A program made the translations under genes and the position numbers. Source: Macrostomum lignano (taxonomy: Eukaryota). Taken from it: a stretch of DNA of 46,657 nt. The notes below the pieces were generated by a model. It was not told where the DNA came from. It saw only the letters and a list, made by a program, of their open reading frames with translations, and ran no database searches. Shown here one piece after another: positions 44,101-46,657 of this stretch. Within the stretch, counting starts at the first letter, position 1. The number at the start of each line of letters is the position of its first letter. The stretch lies in NCBI GenBank assembly GCA_002269645.1, contig NIVC01004418.1, forward strand, positions 1 through 46,657, read 5' to 3'.

Positions 44101-46657
44101 GGGTCGCAATATAAAGCTGTCGTAGCGTAAGTTCGATCGTACGTCGGAACTTTTACACTACGGAGATGGGAGCTAAGAACGATCTTATCTTACGATGTTC
44201 TGCATTAGGGCTTTTCAAATCCGCCATATCCTCATACAAAATCATAACACTATAGGCGACTTCCACGAATCTTAGAAAACAAAAATTAGAATACAAGAGC
44301 TCAATAATAGGTTCTCTAAGGTTCCGCAAGAAAACTGTGGCTGGCAAATCTCGGCAAGCAAAGTTCCTGCAAGCAAAATTCGGCAAGCAAAGTTCGGCAA
44401 GCAAACTTCGGCAAGCAAAGCTCGGCAAGCAAAGCTCGGCAAGCAAACTTCGGCAGGCAAAATTCCGCAAGCAAAGTTCGGCAAGCAGACTTCGGCAAGT
44501 AAAATTCTGCAAGCAAAGTTCGGCAAGCAAAGTTCGGCAAGCAAAATTCGGCAGGCAAAGTTCGGCAAGCAGACTTCGGCAAGCAAATTTCCGCAAGCAA
44601 AAGTCCCGCAAGCAAACTTCTCGCAAGCAAATTTCATAGACCCAAAATGCTTCTGTTTAACTTACTACTGAACTGAAAGTATATAACACGCAAATTAGTT
44701 ATTCTAGTATCTGTGGTTGTATCCTAATAGACAAATAGTCGATACCGAATTATAAGCTGAATTAATTGTCCCATAAATATTCTACTGATCCATTCTGACT
44801 TTGCAGTTACCTAAAATTTGGCATCATCGGCTCCGCCATAGCAGCGCAAATGACTAAAGCGTTTGACGCAATCGGTGAGTGAGTCAGCGAACGAATTGGC
44901 GCATATCGTTCAGCTGTTGTAGGAAATATACAAGTGCATTTTTATCCTATGCACATACCATTGTCCCAGCGCCACTGCAGTTCTGTCACCCCAACCCAAC
45001 CCCTAGCCTACTGTAAAGTGCTTCCTTTATTGGCGGCATCAAGCCCCGTTCCATGCACCTTTTCATCCTGACAGCTTCCTGCACTGTTCTGCCATTCCTG
45101 CTGCAGTACGGACGTCAGTAGATATTTTTTTGGGGGGGGGGCGTCTGCATGACATGCTCAATGCAAAACTGACAACTCAAGCCTCCATTTGTCACCTCTC
45201 TCTGCGTCCTTCAAGCCTCGTCTGTGTCTCCCCGTGTTTCTCTGGCGCAGTTCACATTTTCGACAGAGAATGAGTCGGTTTTTTTCCAGACTGGAGTCAA
45301 TTTTTCTGATTAGGTTTTTTGTATTATTTTCTTGCACTAGAAATTCACTGCATGATAGGAGCATTATTTTTCTGACAGGTTTTAAAAGCTTTGGCAAACT
45401 TTCGTTTCTATTTGCATATTCAATGTTTTCTTCTTGCAATCAATTAGGAATAGGATCAAGACTGAGAGACATGTGCAGAGAAAATAGATTGACAAAAACT
45501 CTCCAAAATAACTCAAATTTATGTTTGGGGTGAACTTTTCTCCAACAAAAATGCTACTCTTTATTAATTAACATTTTCAGGCTCTCTGTGGACGGGCTTA
45601 GAAGATTTAGCTGTCAACGAGCAGCCTCTACTGCTCAGCTCAGAAGCTGAGAATTGCTACGCATCGTTACAGGCTACTGTTGATGTGAGTAGAATAGTCA
45701 GCCTTGAAAGCGACTTTTATAATTTAACAAAACTAATAGAATACGCTGTCAAAACAGCGTCGAAACGGTCTCAACCACAATTGGGACTGTATTAATGCAA
45801 TGTATAATAGAGGAATGCATACGCTATTTTAAAAGATATAGGCAGCTGAAATGACTTTGATAAGCTTAGAAGCCCAAGCTTGCAGGCGTAAACAACTTGC
45901 TAATTGGTTCAGCAATAATGTACATTAGCCAGTCACTGAAATGTACATACATATAACAGCTTTTTGGCTGGAATTCCGAGAAAGACAATAAAAATTGGGG
46001 TGGGGAGGGTGTGAAAAGGCGCGGTTGGAGGGTTTAAGCCGGGGTAAGAGCCAATAAATGAGCCTTGGCTTTAAAAAACACATTAAAATGCTTCCGTTTA
46101 ACTTGCTACTGAACTGAAAGTAGCTTACACGCAAATGTGCTGAGTGGCTCATCTAGTTATTCTAGTATCTTGGTGCAAACAGTCAAAACCCACAATTTTT
46201 TCCAATGCATCCACGTTAAAAACAACAAACTGCAGACGACATCCAAGGCGACAATTCGTTTAGCTTTCGCCACAGCCTGGGGCCTGCGAGTGGCCCAACT
46301 GGCTCACGAGATGCACCTGATGAGGCGAACAGACAAGCAGCTGGCCTGCCAACTTGAGTTCAGCAGACCAGTTGCTGTTTATGGCTTTTGCGCAGGTAAG
46401 AAAAATCTTTATTTAATATGAAATTTCATAGCAGTATTATTGGCTTAACAAAAATAATTGACAATGGAATTTTAGACTCACTGCGGCACCGAACGAGCGA
46501 AGTATAAACTTCGTCTCAGAGACAGTTATTTCGCGATGAAAAACAGGTATGAGATATGTGGATTTATTTGTTATTCAATGTTTTGCTGCTCAAAGATCCA
46601 TGATTTGCAGTACTGCAACTGCAACTTGTACATTTCCAGGTTGAATTTGCTGTCCAA
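35125..46657 (+). CDS. Neprilysin/ECE-like M13 family type II membrane protein, predicted catalytically inactive; exons 35125-35947, 37673-37773, 39463-39630, 40327-40434, 40759-40892, 41473-41686, 42613-42714, 42799-42876, 42974-43080, 43234-43292, 43383-43440, 44807-44874, 45581-45684, 46236-46395 (one extra base), 46476-46546, 46640->46657
   Basis: TM anchor, then [26 protein letters not shown] (M13 N-terminal signature); LKKYLEF..QWLTCL; KEAFVEL..QTK; IIGYSE..LDEYF; [11 protein letters not shown]; [22 protein letters not shown]; [10 protein letters not shown]; HCG. GT-AG introns with consistent phases. Confidence 0.9.
37673..37773 (+). CDS. M13-like exon 2
   Basis: [33 protein letters not shown]; phase 1-0, GTAAGT donor. 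Confidence 0.8.
37793..38150. repeat. (TCTG)n microsatellite with periodic TTAGTG interruptions
   Basis: Interruptions at about 37888, 37988 and 38080. Confidence 0.96.
39058..39378. repeat. ~20-bp minisatellite (GGGATGCCCACCAAGAGACA)n
   Basis: Direct observation. Confidence 0.9.
39463..39630 (+). CDS. M13-like exon 3
   Basis: [33 protein letters not shown]; phase 0-0. Confidence 0.75.
39664..40028 (-). mobile_element. tRNA-derived SINE family B, second copy
   Basis: Highly similar to 17097-17447. Confidence 0.82.
40327..40434 (+). CDS. M13-like exon 4
   Basis: [26 protein letters not shown]; phase 0-0. Confidence 0.75.
40520..40690 (-). mobile_element. Diverged fragment related to SINE family B body
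   Basis: GATACGTACG..CACGCTCACGCAGGGTGTACAACGGCCCCGACTTTCTAATCGTGCGGCATGTACACT matches the family B core. Confidence 0.55.
40759..40892 (+). CDS. M13-like exon 5
   Basis: [29 protein letters not shown]; phase 0-2. Confidence 0.82.
41473..41686 (+). CDS. M13-like exon 6
   Basis: [29 protein letters not shown]; phase 2-0. Confidence 0.85.
41724..42587. repeat. 16-bp minisatellite (GGGAACGGAGTGACAA)n
   Basis: Homogeneous centre (about 41835-42255) with variant units on both flanks. Confidence 0.96.
42613..42714 (+). CDS. M13-like exon 7
   Basis: [34 protein letters not shown]; phase 0-0. Confidence 0.82.
42799..42876 (+). CDS. M13-like exon 8
   Basis: [26 protein letters not shown]; phase 0-0. 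Confidence 0.8.
42974..43080 (+). CDS. M13-like exon 9
   Basis: [35 protein letters not shown]; phase 0-2. Confidence 0.7.
43234..43292 (+). CDS. M13-like exon 10
   Basis: [19 protein letters not shown] (VNAFY-equivalent region); phase 2-1. Confidence 0.75.
43383..43440 (+). CDS. M13-like exon 11
   Basis: [19 protein letters not shown] ~ FPAGILQPPFF; phase 1-2. Confidence 0.82.
43555..44712. repeat. ~340-bp dispersed/duplicated intronic repeat, copy 1 (interrupted by the 43827-44643 element)
   Basis: Aligns with 45826-46168 (CAGCTGAAATGACTTTGATAAG..GCAATAATGTACATTAGCCAGTC..TAGTTATTCTAGTATCT). Confidence 0.85.
43827..44643. mobile_element. Foldback-type DNA transposon with 8-bp TSD; TIRs built from 14-bp subrepeats
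   Basis: TSD AAAATGCT at 43819-26 and 44644-51; termini GGGAGTACGACGTTTGCTTGC / GCAAGCAAATTTCATAGACCC; (CGGCAAGCAAAGTT)n array at 44345-44633 is the inverse of 43839-43960. Confidence 0.85.
44807..44874 (+). CDS. M13-like exon 12 (degenerate zinc-binding motif)
   Basis: [23 protein letters not shown] ~ [22 protein letters not shown]; phase 2-1. Confidence 0.88.
45581..45684 (+). CDS. M13-like exon 13
   Basis: [25 protein letters not shown]; phase 1-0. Confidence 0.72.
45826..46168. repeat. Intronic repeat copy 2 (uninterrupted; carries the empty site AAAATGCT)
   Basis: Single ATTAAAATGCTTCCGTTTAAC at about 46082-46102. Confidence 0.85.
46236..46395 (+). CDS. M13-like exon 14 (apparent +1 frameshift near 46344)
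   Basis: [22 protein letters not shown] / [17 protein letters not shown] ~ TLGENIADNGGL..AY..LPGL..KQLFFLNFAQ. Confidence 0.8.
46476..46546 (+). CDS. M13-like exon 15
   Basis: [24 protein letters not shown] ~ VWCGTYRPEY..TDVHSPGNFR; phase 0-2. Confidence 0.78.
46640..46657 (+). CDS. M13-like exon 16 (runs off window)
   Basis: catttccAG acceptor; RLNLLS(N) ~ RIIGTLQN. Confidence 0.55.

Overview
Eukaryotic (metazoan invertebrate) genomic DNA; intron style, satellite load and indel pattern suggest a long-read assembly of a free-living flatworm such as Macrostomum, but this is a guess. Three spliced host genes were reconstructed by hand. (1) A divergent PSME4/PA200 orthologue on the minus strand, 8 exons from 17972 to beyond position 1. 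(2) A two-exon type I membrane protein with two TSP1-like domains (31317-33171, +). (3) A 16+ exon neprilysin/M13-family type II membrane protein (35125 to beyond 46657, +) that has lost all zinc ligands (HExxH reads AQMTK). A young 11.3-kb Ty3/gypsy-type LTR element (170-11445) sits antisense in a PSME4 intron. It has 2.2-kb LTRs, a CTAT target-site duplication, a tRNA-Leu PBS and a PPT. It encodes only Gag and a protease, linked by a GGGAAAC slippery site plus putative pseudoknot, and has no recognisable RT/RNaseH/integrase. It also carries an array of nine PBS-like motifs and a possible antisense transcription unit. The remainder is CORE-type and other tRNA-derived SINEs, an RTE LINE remnant, several TIR/foldback elements (one with its empty site visible in the window), a TAGGCCTA-rich domain and many minisatellites. 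All alignments were done by eye against remembered family motifs; no searches were run.
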